DNA of 64,000 nt, from the NCBI RefSeq assembly GCF_009914755.1, contig NC_060937.1, one strand, 5' to 3'. This DNA comes from the human T2T-CHM13v2.0 reference genome, Homo sapiens. This document shows, piece by piece, positions 38,995-52,788 of this stretch (its first letter is position 1; each line of letters opens with the position of its first letter). The notes under the pieces are model-generated. The model was not told where the DNA came from and ran no database searches. It saw only the letters and a list, made by a program, of their open reading frames with translations. A program made the position numbers and the translations under genes.

Positions 38995-39790
38995 AGTGGA
39001 TTATGGACATTTATGGTTTAAAAAAACAGACTCTACGACATTTCCTTACCAAAGGTGAGCTGACTAGAGTCACTGCTGAGTTCCCAAACATGGAGCAGCC
39101 CACAGCTTGTGGTAAGTTTCCATATATCTGGGCCTTAGGAGACAATATTATAGCCCCCTTCACCAAGGGGGAAAGACCTAGTTAGCAATTCTTCTCATAG
39201 TAACACACATTCATTCTTAATTTGGACTTTTTTTCCTGCCTTATCCTTCCTAGAAATACTCATTGAATGACATCCTGCCAAACATAGTATCCAAGTTTAC
39301 TTCACGGTGTGAAGTAATAGGAACCACCTTGGTATTCACTTGTCTTAGCTTGCACTTGGTTATCTAATACAGAACCAAATGGCCTTGTAAAACAGTAGAA
39401 AGGACAATTAAAAATTGGCTATTGTTAACAGCAGGCAGACAATTATCTCGTGAGGCTAAAGTACTTTCTTGTGACATATAGTATATGCTTTGAGGCAGAG
39501 AATATGATTTGCTTTTGTCCCAAATCCAGATAACAGGGATGGAAGTAGAGGTGACACTTTTATTATAATATCTATGACAAGCTTTGAGTCTCATTTTAGT
39601 GCTCAAGGGAGGAAAAAATTGGTGAATCTAATAGGGGTTCCACTGAACTGGGGATTTCTGGAAATGAGCCTGAGGTCAATTTGCACTTACTGTGTCACTA
39701 ACAAAACAAGCAAATAAAAAGAATGAAGTTATTTTGATGCTGGGAAAGAGTCTATCAAAAAGGAATAGTAATAATACTGCATTGTGAATT
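38995..39790 (+). mobile_element. ERV-L class internal relic (integrase followed by dUTPase region), heavily decayed
   Basis: 'FLTKGELTRVTAEFP' resembles ERVL PLTKADLATATAECP. In the expected order follow 'aaatggccttgtaaaacag' (NGLLK), 'gtagtatatgctttgaggcagaga' (VYALNQR), 'cagggatggaagtagaggtg' (QGVEVE) and 'gttccactgaactgg' (IPLNW). Confidence 0.7.
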
Positions 39791-40009
39791 TCAGAAGGAT
39801 TATAAATATCAACTAAGGTACACTTTGAAATATTTTACATCATAATCATGAAAAAAGTGATCAACCACAATTCAGTTACTTTCAATTGATCAAACATTAT
39901 AATTTGCGTGTGTCACTTCTCATTAATTCTTATGTTGGCTCTGACATTATTATTACAATAACTTATCCACCATCATATTTCCACTTCAAATTTACTGTTG
40001 CATTTATTC

Positions 40010-40380
40010 CCGCATTTACTCATTCACTCCACACACATTTCTTTGTACCTAGCTAAGGGAATTATTGGTTTCTACAAAGATACAATGGTAAATTTCTGCC
40101 CTCAATAAGTTTGCAAAGTTTAGTTGTGAGATAAATGAATTAGAAAAGTTATTATAAAATTTGGTAAGCAATGAATTAGAGGATAGGGCTTGCGGATGTT
40201 GACAGGCAGGCAAGAATGAAAGATGCTGTCATAAAGAAGTGACCTTGAGTTGTGTTGAAAAATTTGTTGAATATCAAGCATAAGAATCATTGCAGAGGAC
40301 TTTGGGGAAAAGATGTGGACAAGGCATGTAGGAAAGATAGTATGGCATGCACAGGAAATTATAAAAGCATATGTTGGCTA
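40010..40380 (-). mobile_element. L2 fragment
   Basis: 'catttactcattcactcc...ctgccctcaataagtttgca...aagaagtgaccttgagttg'. Confidence 0.6.
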
Positions 40381-40488
40381 GCGGGTGTAGAAAGATAATA
40401 TTAAACTCATTAATACACACTCCTGTACGTGTGATACAATGCTCAAAACGAATTAGTAGACTAGAAAAGAAGACATATGAAGATATGA

Positions 40489-40797
<309 letters not shown>

Positions 40798-42229
40798 ATC
40801 TTTAGTGTTATTTTTATGAATTAATGTTGTGTCTTCAGAGGAACGCTGTATGATACACAAATATTACATATAAAAACAAAGAAGATACTTTAATATATGA
40901 AGTCACTCAAACGCTGCACATTTATCCAATTAACTGTTATTCAAGAAATGCAGAGTTTTGAATGAAAGAGACAGCAGGTAGTTAAAGTTGAAGGAGAGAA
41001 ACGAACACATTTGGGATCTTCTACTGCGTAAATTGTTTCCCAAAAAGGTTAATGTGAAAGAGATGTTGCATAAATAGGTAGTAGTGGGCTCTGAACGTTT
41101 AGAATTGAGGATAAATTGGGGATAATACAAAAATAAATTGTCTTCTTTATTGTTGAGTTTAAACCTGATTGTAACTAGTCCCCAAAATATGTCTTCGCTT
41201 TGCTTTGGTAGTTTATATTCCCAGAGCAACTGTGATAAAAACCTTCCAGACTTCTACCTACAAGCAAAGAGAGTATTTATACTAATCCAGGCAAAATTAA
41301 AAAAAAAAAAGTTCTAATACATGACATTCTAATAATCTGCAATCTTGCAATTTTATGAAAACATTTTATTTTTCTTCAAATGCTTGCAAACATTTTTAAT
41401 ATCCTATTTTTCAATTCAGAAAATTACTGAATTTGAGTTTCAACTTGAAAATATTATGAGTTTCAGGGCCTACATTTATCATTTTCCCCCAATAGACCAG
41501 TGATTAATCAACTCATGCTTATCACTTTTATTAACTGACTTCAGCTTCTCTTTAAGAGAGGGAAGCTTTTAGTTGTAAGAAGTAATTATTTTTCTTTTTA
41601 AAAACCACACAGCAATCCTTAAATAAATTAAGTTATCATCTTTATCAATTACCACATTATCTGTTGTAAACTGGTCAGCAGAATTAGTCACACAATTAAT
41701 GTTCCTATTTCTTCCTGAATATACTTCTAAACCCTCCATAGGAAATGCTTTTTTCTTCTTTTAATGTGGCCTCAGTCACAAACTGACATTGCTTTTGAAT
41801 GCGTGTGATTAGCTTGAGAGACGCTAGCTTTTGTAACAAATAGACCCCAAAATATATGTCGCAAATACATTTGAAGTTTATTTTTTTTCCTCTTATAACC
41901 ATTCAATGGGAGTATTTAGAACAAGCAAACAGCTTTTCCATATGCATGATTCATGGGCCTGTGATACTCAGGAAATTACTAGAGCCTTAGGGAGTTAATC
42001 AAGGAAATTGCCCCTGGTGGAGAAGGTGTCTTACAAGGCTTGCTATCAGCATTTTGTTATTGCTAACAGTGACTTCTTCGGGTCTCACAAAATTTTCCTT
42101 TTTCTGAAAAAGTGTTTTTATTGTATTTTCTTGTTTCTGCTTCAAAACAGTATATTAAGTATTTGAGGGGAGCACAATGAGGGGACAGGTATAAGGATGG
42201 GAGTAGGTAACAAGTGTTTTAGCCCAGGT

Positions 42230-42727
42230 CAAGAGGACCCGTATTCAGACGTGATGAAGAAAACCGGGATACATGACCCTGAACTATAGTCATGAACTCA
42301 ATGGGATTTTAGATTGAGTCTTTTGGGGAAAGAATGATTGTTTTCTGTCTCTGGAAAGTAAAATTTGCGCAGATATTTGTGGTGAACCGTGGCAGAGACT
42401 TAAATCTCCTCCAAGATCAGAGTTTCTCTCTTCTTCCTGGGCACAGAGCTAGACATTTCCAAGTCCACTTGTATTTATTGTGTTACCATGACGTAGCCAG
42501 TGACATACGATTGGGAAAAAATGTGTCCTGTTCTGGCCAAAGCTTTGGCTAGTAGAAGACTCAAAAGGAGACAGGATTGTAGTCTCCTGAAAAACTAAGT
42601 GGAAGAAAGTCTCCTACGTATGAGCTGTATTTCAACAATTAAGCAAGAAAAAAACAAACTCCCATTGTACTCAGTCATTCAAATTTTGTGGTTTATTAAT
42701 GCTAGATTACCTAAAGTAGCAAATACC
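42230..42727 (+). mobile_element. MLT1 internal 3' end plus LTR
   Basis: 'ttttggggaaagaatgattgttttctg...ggcagagac', then LTR 'cttcttcctgggcacagagctagacatttcc...agcaagaaaaaaacaaactcccattgt'. Confidence 0.6.
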
Positions 42728-43483
42728 GATCATAGACATGGAAATGGGATGCTAAGAATTTGCAGAGGCTGTTGCAAGCGGAATGGGTTAGGAATTAGGT
42801 TAAGAATTAGAACCAAAGTTGGGTACAAGGAAAAAGTATCTTTTTTATTTTTCTCCAGTGAGTCCCATTAACTAAGTTATAAATGACATCTTTAACAGGG
42901 CCATTAAGCTTTCCTGATCTGGCCACTGTGAACTCTGCTGCCCCTTCTACCTCACGCTTATATTAGCTATAATCCAACCATACTGTTTTTTTGTTTCAAT
43001 TTCTTTAATGTTACATGTTTACCTCCACCCTCTGCCACCATATCACAGATTTATTGGACATTATTGTTGCCTCAAATACAATATTTTTAATTTGTCCAGT
43101 CACTTATGCAAACTTTACATCCTGGGATGTAGAACTAAGCCTCATGCTATTAGACTAGAGCATATGCCTCTGATACTTGTTTCACAACACCTGCTCTGCA
43201 TACTTACATTTAACAGATAATCACTTACTCTCTGCATACTAGGCATGATATTAGGGTTTGAGGATACTTGAGGATATAATGGTGAGCTGGAACAGATATG
43301 GTGAACAATCTCCTGGAGCTTAAATCAATGACTATGATATGTTAGAAGAATCATTTTATAAGATTTTAATTAGATGTATTGGATCTGAAAGAAAGTTGTA
43401 CAACTTGTGTTTAAGTGCAGTTTTTGCAGAGGAAATATTCATGGAGATGAGATCAGGAGGAGAAGGAATATTTAAATAAATGG

Positions 43484-43630
43484 GGTCAGGTGTAGTGGCT
43501 TACGCCTGTGGTTCCAGCTACTTTGAAGGCTGAGGGTGGGAGGATCGCTTGAACCTGGAAGGTTGAGGCTGTAGTGAGCCATCATCATGCCATTGCACTG
43601 CAGTGGGTGACAGAGTAAGACCCTGTCCCT
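43484..43630 (+). mobile_element. Free right Alu monomer (FRAM/AluJ right arm)
   Basis: 'ggtcaggtgtagtggcttacgcctgtgg...ggaggatcgcttgaacctggaaggttgaggctgtagtgagcc...gtaagaccctgtc'. Confidence 0.85.
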
Positions 43631-44349
43631 CCAAAATTTTGAAAAGTGGCACAGTAGACATACAAGTACTCTTCTTGTGGCACATCTAATTTGCGTGTCT
43701 AGCCGTGGCTTTCTTGAATTTCAATCAATAATAAATACATTAGTGGGACACAATAGGTTACACCCAATACCAGTTTGTTTTGCTTTAAGAGAGGTAACAG
43801 GATAAACAGGATCACAAAGTTCATGACAAAAGCATAATAGAAGTCTCATAACCCTCTGGAACTCCACACTTGGGATGCTTACAGTGCCAAAGAATTGGTG
43901 GATACAAAATAGCAGGTCAGGGATTCAGTCAGTTGCAGGATTCTTTGGAATTTATATTTTACTGGTTCTCTACCCCTCAGGGATATGTGAATGGAATCCA
44001 TTCTCCAATGCAGCTGTACTTCATTATTACCAGTTACTCTTTACTCCTTTATTCAATAAATTACTTCAACAATGAGGTACAGGTGCTTGCTTCTGGATGT
44101 AGTATTCTCAGTCAGCTTCTCGTTTATCTAAGATTCCATATCTGTCTATAGATGCCTTGATTTTACATTGTGATGAGGATTAGCTCAAGGGTCAAATCTT
44201 CAGGCTTCCATCAAGTTAAAAGAATGGCTGTAAAACTAGTGGTTAGCTCTTGACTTTCACCCTGACAAAGTGAATATACAACATTGAAAGACCTTGGTGT
44301 TGATTCGAAGGTAGGGAGTAGACATGTTATGTAACCTAGAGAACAGGAA

Positions 44350-45390
44350 GAATTCCAAAGAGCCCAGAGGGCAAAGGGCAATGGGTAAAGTGGTACAAGA
44401 GGAGACTGAAGAGATAAACATAGTTAAAATAAAAAACAACTTCACCTGTGTTAGGAAAATTATTTTTTATGAAAACTGGGAAATTATTGAAGGGCTTTAA
44501 TATGTGTGGGGTTTAATGGTGTGATTTTATTTTGAAAAAGTAAGTCCAGTTGCAACATAGGTACTTATATTAAAAGAGAAAACGCCAGGCTATGGGAAGT
44601 ATCTAAGCAAATGTTATTGTTAAGACAAATGCAAAAGATGAGATAATGTATGTAGGGATGTTGTGTATAAGTTTACGAATTATTTAAAATGGCAGAATTG
44701 ACAGAATTTGCTGAGTTTTGGTGTCACAATGGGAGAGCACATGGTAGGAGAGAGTTCCAACTGAAGGTTTTATAATATCACTCACTGTTGCAGAGAACAT
44801 AAGAAAACCAGTGTTGAGAGGAATATTATGAATTTTACCTTGGACTTATTAATTTTGAGGTATACTTTAAAAATCTAAATAGAAGTATCCATTTGCAGAA
44901 GGATATGCATTTCTAAAACTCAGGGAAGATCTGTGGGATGAGGCTATGGCTTTGGAAGCCACAACTGGAAGCCATAGACCTGTAAGCAGTCATAGAAGCC
45001 ATTGGCATGAATGAAATTAGTTGGAGTATAAAAGTGAAAAAAAAAAATGAAACAGAATCAATCAATACAATGGATCTTATAGATGTCCAATATACACTGG
45101 TCGGTTAATAGAGAATAAATTTGCCAAGTAATCTATAGGGTAGTGGCCAATGAAGAATTGGGAAAACCTGGAGTGTGGCATTTAGGCAACCAAGAGAAGT
45201 GTATGTTTTACAAAAGCTACAGAAGCCAGATTTGATTTAGAGACCATGTAAGGGATAGTAATGTGACAGGAACAGTGAGGACAGCCAACCCTTCAGAGTA
45301 GTTTGACTGTGAGGGAAGTAAACTAGGGCATTTGCTGGTAGAATATAAGAAGAAAGTAAATAATTTTATAACAAGAAAAATAATGGATCA
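44350..45390 (-). mobile_element. L2 LINE body, decayed
   Basis: 'gggaaattattgaagggcttt', 'atgaattttaccttggacttattaattttgagg' and 'ctcagggaagatctgtgggatgagg'. Confidence 0.65.
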
Positions 45391-45419
45391 TGTACAGTTC
45401 TTCAACAACCAAAGGAGCT

Positions 45420-46030
45420 AAAAATGGTTAAAGGAAATTAAAAGGCCAAGACTAAGTTTCTATTTGACTGGAGACAAGTCTGGATGTCCCTGGTGGTTTA
45501 TTTCCTTTCCCTTTGGGGTTTCTTAGCAGAAAGCTGGCTCAGCTCGCTCGCTACGGCAGTCTGCAGAGAGAAGGCCTTGGGCTGATAACAGCTTCCTAGC
45601 AGGCAAGTTAAGGGCCCTGAGTCTTCATACTCTAGTATTTTTTTTCTGAGTGTGGAGATCTTTTAATGATACATTTCTTTTACTTCAGCATTTCCTTACC
45701 CCTTAGGCTAACCTGTAAATATGTAAGACAGTGGGGCACAAGCATGGGAGAAGCTGGTTACCTCTTGAAGAACCCCTTTCTTCATAACATATCCCATGTC
45801 CAGCCTGTGACTGAGGCAGGCTTCCTCTGCTAGAATCTTGGCCATGGCACATGTAGAACCACTATGCCTAGTCTACACTATGGACAAATGAGAATTCATG
45901 GGACTGAATCATATCCGCTTTTCTACTTCTCTGCTAATAAGCTATTTCTTTTCCTAATAAATCATTTTGTTTGTGACACTAGAGTTGTGTATTTGTTACA
46001 CTCTTGTCAGACACTAGTTCAAATTTTAAT
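45420..46030 (+). mobile_element. Probable ERV solo LTR, family uncertain (MER54/MER74-like)
   Basis: GC-richer ~600-bp block with 'cctaataaatcattttgtttgtgac' near its 3' end; the family assignment is weak. Confidence 0.4.
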
Positions 46031-46452
46031 CGTGGTAGATAAAATGGTCATCAGCTGTACATATCAGTTGTAGTTGCACTACACTCTATTATATTCCAAT
46101 ACACAGGCCCCCACAAAATATCTTCAGAACATGTCTAACATGTCTCCATATTATTACAACCACACTCACACAACTGAATTTTATAGATTCTTTGTCTTTC
46201 TAAGAAATAAGAAAATTTAAAAATTTTACATTTTTTAACCAAGAGACATCAACAAAAAAAGTCAATCAAACAAAGCCTTTTCCATCTCTCACTTGCCACA
46301 TATTAATTATCCATAGAAAAACAAATCCCAAATTAACCTAGAGTGGCTTAACCATGTCCAAAAAACAATTTATATATCGTCACAAAGTTTGAATGTTACT
46401 TAAAGCTTCATCTACTTTAAATATTCCTTTGTTCCAAGTTAGCAAAATCATC

Positions 46453-46784
46453 TGTCTCAGTCCATTTGGGCTCTTATAACAAAATGTCTTAGATGGGGTA
46501 ATAATTTGTAAAAACAGCAGAAATTTATTGCTCACAGTTCTGGAGGCTGGGAATCCAAGATTAAGGAGCCACAGATTCAGTGTCTGATGAAGGCCCTCAT
46601 ATGTGATGCCTTCTTGCTGTGTTCTCCTACGGTGGAAGCACGGAAACAGACTCCCTCAAGTCTCTTTTGTAAGGTCATTAATCTCATTCATAAGGATCTC
46701 CTAAAGGCCACATCTCTTACTACTATCACGTTGGGGAATAGGTTTCAACATATGAATTTTGGAGGACACATTCAGACTATAATA
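46453..46784 (-). mobile_element. MLT1A-type MaLR LTR
   Basis: 'tgtctcagtccatttgggct...gaaatttattgctcacagttctggaggctgggaa...ggtttcaacatatgaattttggaggacacattcagactata'. Confidence 0.9.
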
Positions 46785-47609
46785 TCATCTCATTTTCATC
46801 TGGTTCCAGTAGTCTACACTTTTATGTGCTATTAACAAATATATTTAAGAAATCACGCAGCATTCATTAAAACTTAAAGAAAATACTGACGTAATTTTTT
46901 GGTACTTTTTCTCCCTCTCATCAGAAGCTCTAGAAAGGGGGGCTATATCATGTGTTTGGTGTAATGCATAATATTTTGTGCCAGAGCAATCTTTAAAGTT
47001 GTTGTACGTATTTCCACAATAGTAGCCCTTAAGAGTGAATAACAAATTTCTTTCATATATCCCAAATATTCAAATATCAGCAATGAAATATCTTCCTTTT
47101 GATCAAATGTCAACTACGAATTTGGGGATTTGTTATGAAAGCTGTTAATTGGTATATGATCAGAAAGAAATTATTTTAAAATAATCTCTGACATTTCTGT
47201 CATAAATCATCATGTCACATTCAGCTCTATCATGGTGGTTTATAAGAGGAGAATATAAACATGACACAATTTGTCAATAAAATCTAATGCAATAGAGTCC
47301 CATATAATATGAAATAAGATTGAAGAAAAAAATCAACCACTTCAGATTTGAAACTGATTGTCAATTGCCATAAACACCTACCCTGCCTTTTCTGTGACTA
47401 TAACTAAAATATTCTTAAGGCTGAATTAAATGAAAATATTCTTTACTATAATAAAGATTTTAATTCTTTTAGTGGAATAAATAGAATTTTCCCCCTCTCC
47501 ATAAACTGAGGAAATGTAAGCACATATTTTATCAATAAAAGCATCATTAAAAAGCAGACATAGAAAATAAAGTATCTACAGAACACTTAAACTGTATTCC
47601 AGATACTCG

Positions 47610-47612
<3 letters not shown>

Positions 47613-47645
<33 letters not shown>
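47613..47645. repeat. (AC)16 microsatellite
   Basis: Perfect AC run. Confidence 0.97.
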
Positions 47646-47646
<1 letters not shown>

Positions 47647-49260
47647 TTCTCAAGGAAGTTTTTATTTAATCTGATTTTATAGGACTACTCATGGAGACAT
47701 TTGGAGGTCAAATATATCACATAGAATTATGGAATTATTTCAATCCTTTCATAACAATGCAAAAAGATATAGGAAGTTTTATCTATTCATTCTGTTTTAA
47801 CAGACATATTCTTTCTTTCTTTTTCTGACTTAAATAAGGAGCTAACCCCAAAAGGTATAAAGACTACTAGATTGTGAATGCACCAGATATTTGACGCAAT
47901 ATGTAAAGCCTGTCACATTAAGTAAGAAAGGTTATTTTTAAAAGAATATTTGAGTATATAATTCCTATTCATCTGCCTTTCTTTCAGACTATACACAGAT
48001 TTTTATATAAATTATAAAAGGTGGTTCTATAGATGAAAGCAGTTTGTAATTTATAGAGACCATTTTCTTCTCAACTTGGTAGTCTTTCTCATAGCTGTTT
48101 CATTATTAGGCAAACCAATTAAGTGTGCTCAAAGTAAGCCACATATGCTAAGTACACAATTTGTATAAAATTCTAATCTGTTCATTACCTTTATACCAGT
48201 GATTTTTTTTCTTGACTTGGAGTAGTGGGTTCACTTTTTTAATAAGAATTTTGTGTTAAAAATGGCATGTTGAAATGCCTGACATGAGAATTCTCAAACT
48301 GTCTTAACTAGATTTTGGCATTTAATAAGCTGTAAACTGCTGAAGCTATTTGCAGATGAAGTCTCATTTTTGTCCATCAGCAGGGGGCTGGAAGCATAAT
48401 TAATTGAGTGAAAGTTAAAAGACGGACAGCACGGTTACATTTATGCAAATATTGCAGCAGAACATCTAAAGGAAGAGAAAAATAGCTTGCAACCAATTGG
48501 TTTGGTTTTGGACCAAAATCCACAGGGTCCATTTAAACATTGCAGATTGTGCAACTGACAATTAAGACTTATAGTGTTTTTTAATACTAGCTGTGATGGT
48601 AGAAATAGCAGGCAAAAAGTTGAAGTCCAGAGAGACAATTCTATTTCTGCTCTCATCTTTTTAACCTCTCATGAATGTTAAAATATAGTTGCAAAAAATC
48701 AAAAATCAAATGATGCATGTGTGTTCAACCATATGCCAGGCTCTGCTGTTTGTTTCTTTTATTCATATCCCAGGCATATGTACCCTTGCACACTAAAGGT
48801 TCCATTTAATTAAAGTTAGTTAAAAGCTTAGACCACAGAGATCAGGACAGCTGCTTGAGATATTAACCTAGGTGCTGTCTGGGGACAGCATGAAGCCTTT
48901 GCTGTTATTCTGTCTCCTATTACATATTTTGGTGGGGTTTTTCCTAATAGTTGTTTTCTCACAAGGCTGCTGACTTTTTCTTAAACGGCTGGGAAACATT
49001 AGATTCCCCAATGATCACAGGAAATTTCAAATTGAAATTTTGCATATCCCTCATTTGTATGTTTTTTTTTTTCCTCATGACTGTAAGTATCTGCATGACT
49101 ACCTTAGTGATTGATTTTTGACTAGTCTCTGTGTTTGTCTTTGATTTGTTGGCTATTCAAAGACACTGCTTCCCATAGAGAAATTTCAGTATGCTTTTTG
49201 TTTTTACCTCTCACATGTCTGTTCTGATAGCAGGTCTAGCTGAGGTTTTAATTCTAACTT

Positions 49261-49347
49261 ACCAGCATGGCACATGTATACATATGTAACTAACCTGCAC
49301 AATGTGCACATGTACCCTAAAACTTAAAGTATAATAATAAAAAAAAA
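49261..49347 (+). mobile_element. Very short young L1 3' tip (L1PA2/pre-Ta-like)
   Basis: 'accagcatggcacatgtatacatatgtaactaacctgcacaatgtgcacatgtaccctaaaacttaaagtataataataaaaaaaaa'. Confidence 0.95.
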
Positions 49348-49695
49348 TGCAACCTAAGTTAGATCAATTAGCAAAACTAGAATTGGTTTTGTGTGTGTGA
49401 TGTAGAATTCTGTGTGTACCTACTTTGGACTAATGGAAAAGCTTAATTTTTAGAACTTCTAAAAATATTCCTAACTTCAATTACAAATATTGTCAGTCCT
49501 ATTCAACATTTTACTAAAAAAGTTTAATTCTAAAAATAAATGGAATACAACATATTTGGTGGTTTCAAGGATATGGTACAGATTTTAAATACAAATCAAA
49601 CCCCACCCCCAAAAAAATCATGGGATATTCTCAGTGAAGGACTGTAAAATCTTTGTAAAAGAATCTAAGCTAAAAAGTTTGTAAACATTAAAAAG

Positions 49696-49819
49696 CCAGG
49701 AGCAGTGCATGTGTTTATAGCCCCAGCTGTTCCGAAGGCTTAAGAGGAAGTATCGCTTGAGTCAGAGTTCGACACTACCTGGCTAACAAAGCACATTCAG
49801 TTTCAATTAAAACAAAAAA
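49696..49819 (+). mobile_element. Degenerate free left Alu monomer (FLAM)
   Basis: 'gccaggagcagtg...tatcgcttgagtcagagttcgacactacctggctaacaaagc' plus an A-rich tail. Confidence 0.75.
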
Positions 49820-49890
49820 TGAAGGAGTAGTGAACTAACTTAAAGTAAATACATTCTCATACAGGTCTTCAAGATTTGACTGAACTTCTA

Positions 49891-50190
<300 letters not shown>

Positions 50191-52299
50191 CTACCCATAC
50201 TATTTATATTTTATGAAATTCTACTCCTTAGTATAAAATGTTTTGCTGTATAATTCAATGCTTTCTTCATCCAAGTCAAGACATTAAATCCATAGTGAAA
50301 ATATTTTATATATACTGTCACACTTTATTTCATAAATGTTTAATGTTTAATTACCTCTCAGAAGTTTATTTTAAATATGGAATATGATTACATAATTTTC
50401 AGTATTATCAACCGCTTTATATCTCATAAAATATGTTTTCTCTCATAAGTATATAGCTATTGTATAATGTTTACAGCACAAACAGTAAAAATATTTTAGG
50501 ATTTATACTATAAAGAAAAATATTGAACCATTTTTTATCAATAATTCCTTTTAAAAATTCATATAACCTGCCATAAATTTTAATATAATATAATGTAATA
50601 TAATACATATATATACACATGATGTATGTGTGTATATATATACACATATATAAGATCTAATTCTGAAAATGTTCTGTGTTCTATATTTCATTAAGCATAG
50701 AATCAAAGAAATATTTCTGATGTAAATTCATTTTAAGGCAAATACTTGTGCAATTAAAAAGACTTTCACTTTCTAGTTATTAGCGTTATCTTACATACCT
50801 TTTGCAAGTGAGATTCTCCTAGGTAAAGCACAAGAGTTTTGGTTTGTGTGTGTTGTTTGAGCTTTCATGTCAAAAATAATGTTATTTTTATTATGGAAGA
50901 GTAGAGCAGTGTTAGATATTTTGAGACACTCCTGACTTTACAATCATATCCAAAATGTTTAAATTTTCTAATCATTTAGAATATCCTCTTTCTTATTGTT
51001 CAGTGTTTCATGTGAATGTTTCATCTTAGGAAGGAAAAGTACAGGTTTCCTATGTTGATGGAGAAATGTTCTTTGGTTGAGAAATGAGAAACATTGTGTT
51101 TGCTGCCGAGGAATAAATACTCTGTCTCACCTAAAAATAATAAAATTTCTAACATTTTATGACATTACCATTTTTATTTCCATATTTTGAATCAAATTTC
51201 TTAAGAATTCTTCCTCTTGGATATGAAGGTGAAATTAAAATAGGAAATGGGAATATTAAGCTAAATAAATCAGAGGACATTTATTTTAATAATACAAAAG
51301 TCACCATTTGAAGACAAAAAAATTAGGTACTCTGCTAGCCAGTTCAAAAGACATAAGCTATTTTATGCTAAGCTAAATTATAAGATCATGCCTCTTGTTT
51401 ACTGTTTCTGAATATAACAGAAAGAATTTGAGGAGATAAAATAATAAAAGGTATCCAGTTTTAGAATCTCTGAGTAGTAATTAGTCAGCATATGTGTTAC
51501 TCTTGATTAATAAATAGAAAAGTTTCTAGCCTAAGGAAAAGGAAGATAAAAGAAAAAGAATCAACCAACATCTGTCTTTTAGTGTACATCCCTCTGGGAT
51601 AACTACCAGTTCAAACTACTAAAAAAGAATGGCAATAAAGTTTCTGCTGGTTGTGAGTTAGTCAAGCTTGTAACCCCTCTTGCCTTGGAAACCTCATGAA
51701 AAATGAACATGGTGAACACAAAACTACTTCTAACAAAGTTGTTTGCCAAATTTCTACCAAGATGCACTATGAAATTCTATAGACAGTATGTTGTGATAAG
51801 ATTAAATATTACACTTATGGGAAAAATTTAATTCCTGCTAATATTTACTCTGTTGATGCTAGAGTGTTTCTAGAATCTGAATAAAATAACCAGGTGATAA
51901 GTGAGATTTCTTGTTACTTTTCTGCTTGTTATTTAACCCTCTCTAATTAGTTGAGTCAAACTAACTGACATTTATAGGGGTTTGGATTATAACATCTAAG
52001 CATAAAAATGTGTATATGTGGTTTATATAAGTCTCTGAATTTATCTGTCTAGGAATGGAGGGGAAGGATGCAGACATGGTAATTCATTTTATATTATTCA
52101 TAATGTATCAGATGTAAAAAGATTATCTACAGTTCAGAAAGAATAAATCCTGTTTACAGGAATGTGTAAGTCAATGGCCACATAAATATAGTATTTTTTC
52201 CTTCTGGTAGAAGCATGTGTAAGAAAGTAAGAGAAGGGTAAAGACATTTGCCTATTGGTCAGTTTCTTTTTTTATATTCCGAAAAATCTAAGTCTCAAA

Positions 52300-52520
52300 T
52301 CAAAATAATAATGATTAGATACATTTTTACACATGTAACATATGTCAGACACCACGTTTCCAATTCATTTCATCATTTTTTTCTAGTTGTATATATAAGA
52401 AAACCGGAGTATAATGAGGTCAAAGGATTAGGTTTAAAAAATCCATATGATAGGAGGAGGAGGCAGGATTTGAACTCAAGCCTATTGGATCTCAAGGTTC
52501 AAACTCTGAAATATATTAGG
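52300..52520 (-). mobile_element. MIR fragment
   Basis: 'aataatgattagatacatttttac...ggaggcaggatttgaactcaagcctattggatctcaag'. Confidence 0.7.
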
Positions 52521-52788
52521 AGCTATCAATTTTTCTAACAGAAAATTAAACAGTCATTTTAATGATGGGGCAGTTTCCTGTGTTTTAGAGATTTGTAAAC
52601 ATTTATTATTTTTTCTTTTCATTAAATTAAGTTAAATAGTGGGAATACCAGTCATTGTAGTTTTGTTTGAATTCTGACTCTACCACTTATTAGTTGAATT
52701 GTATTGAGTAAATAATTAACAGTTTCTTTACAAAGAGGTTATGACATTTTATGAAAATTAAAGTGTTCAGTTAAATGAGTAGCAAATA

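Noticed and set aside
41345-41362. 'ttgcaattttatgaaaac' matches the start of the 6457/14352 duplication
   Set aside because: Only about 18 AT-rich bases match and the similarity does not extend, so this is not a third copy.
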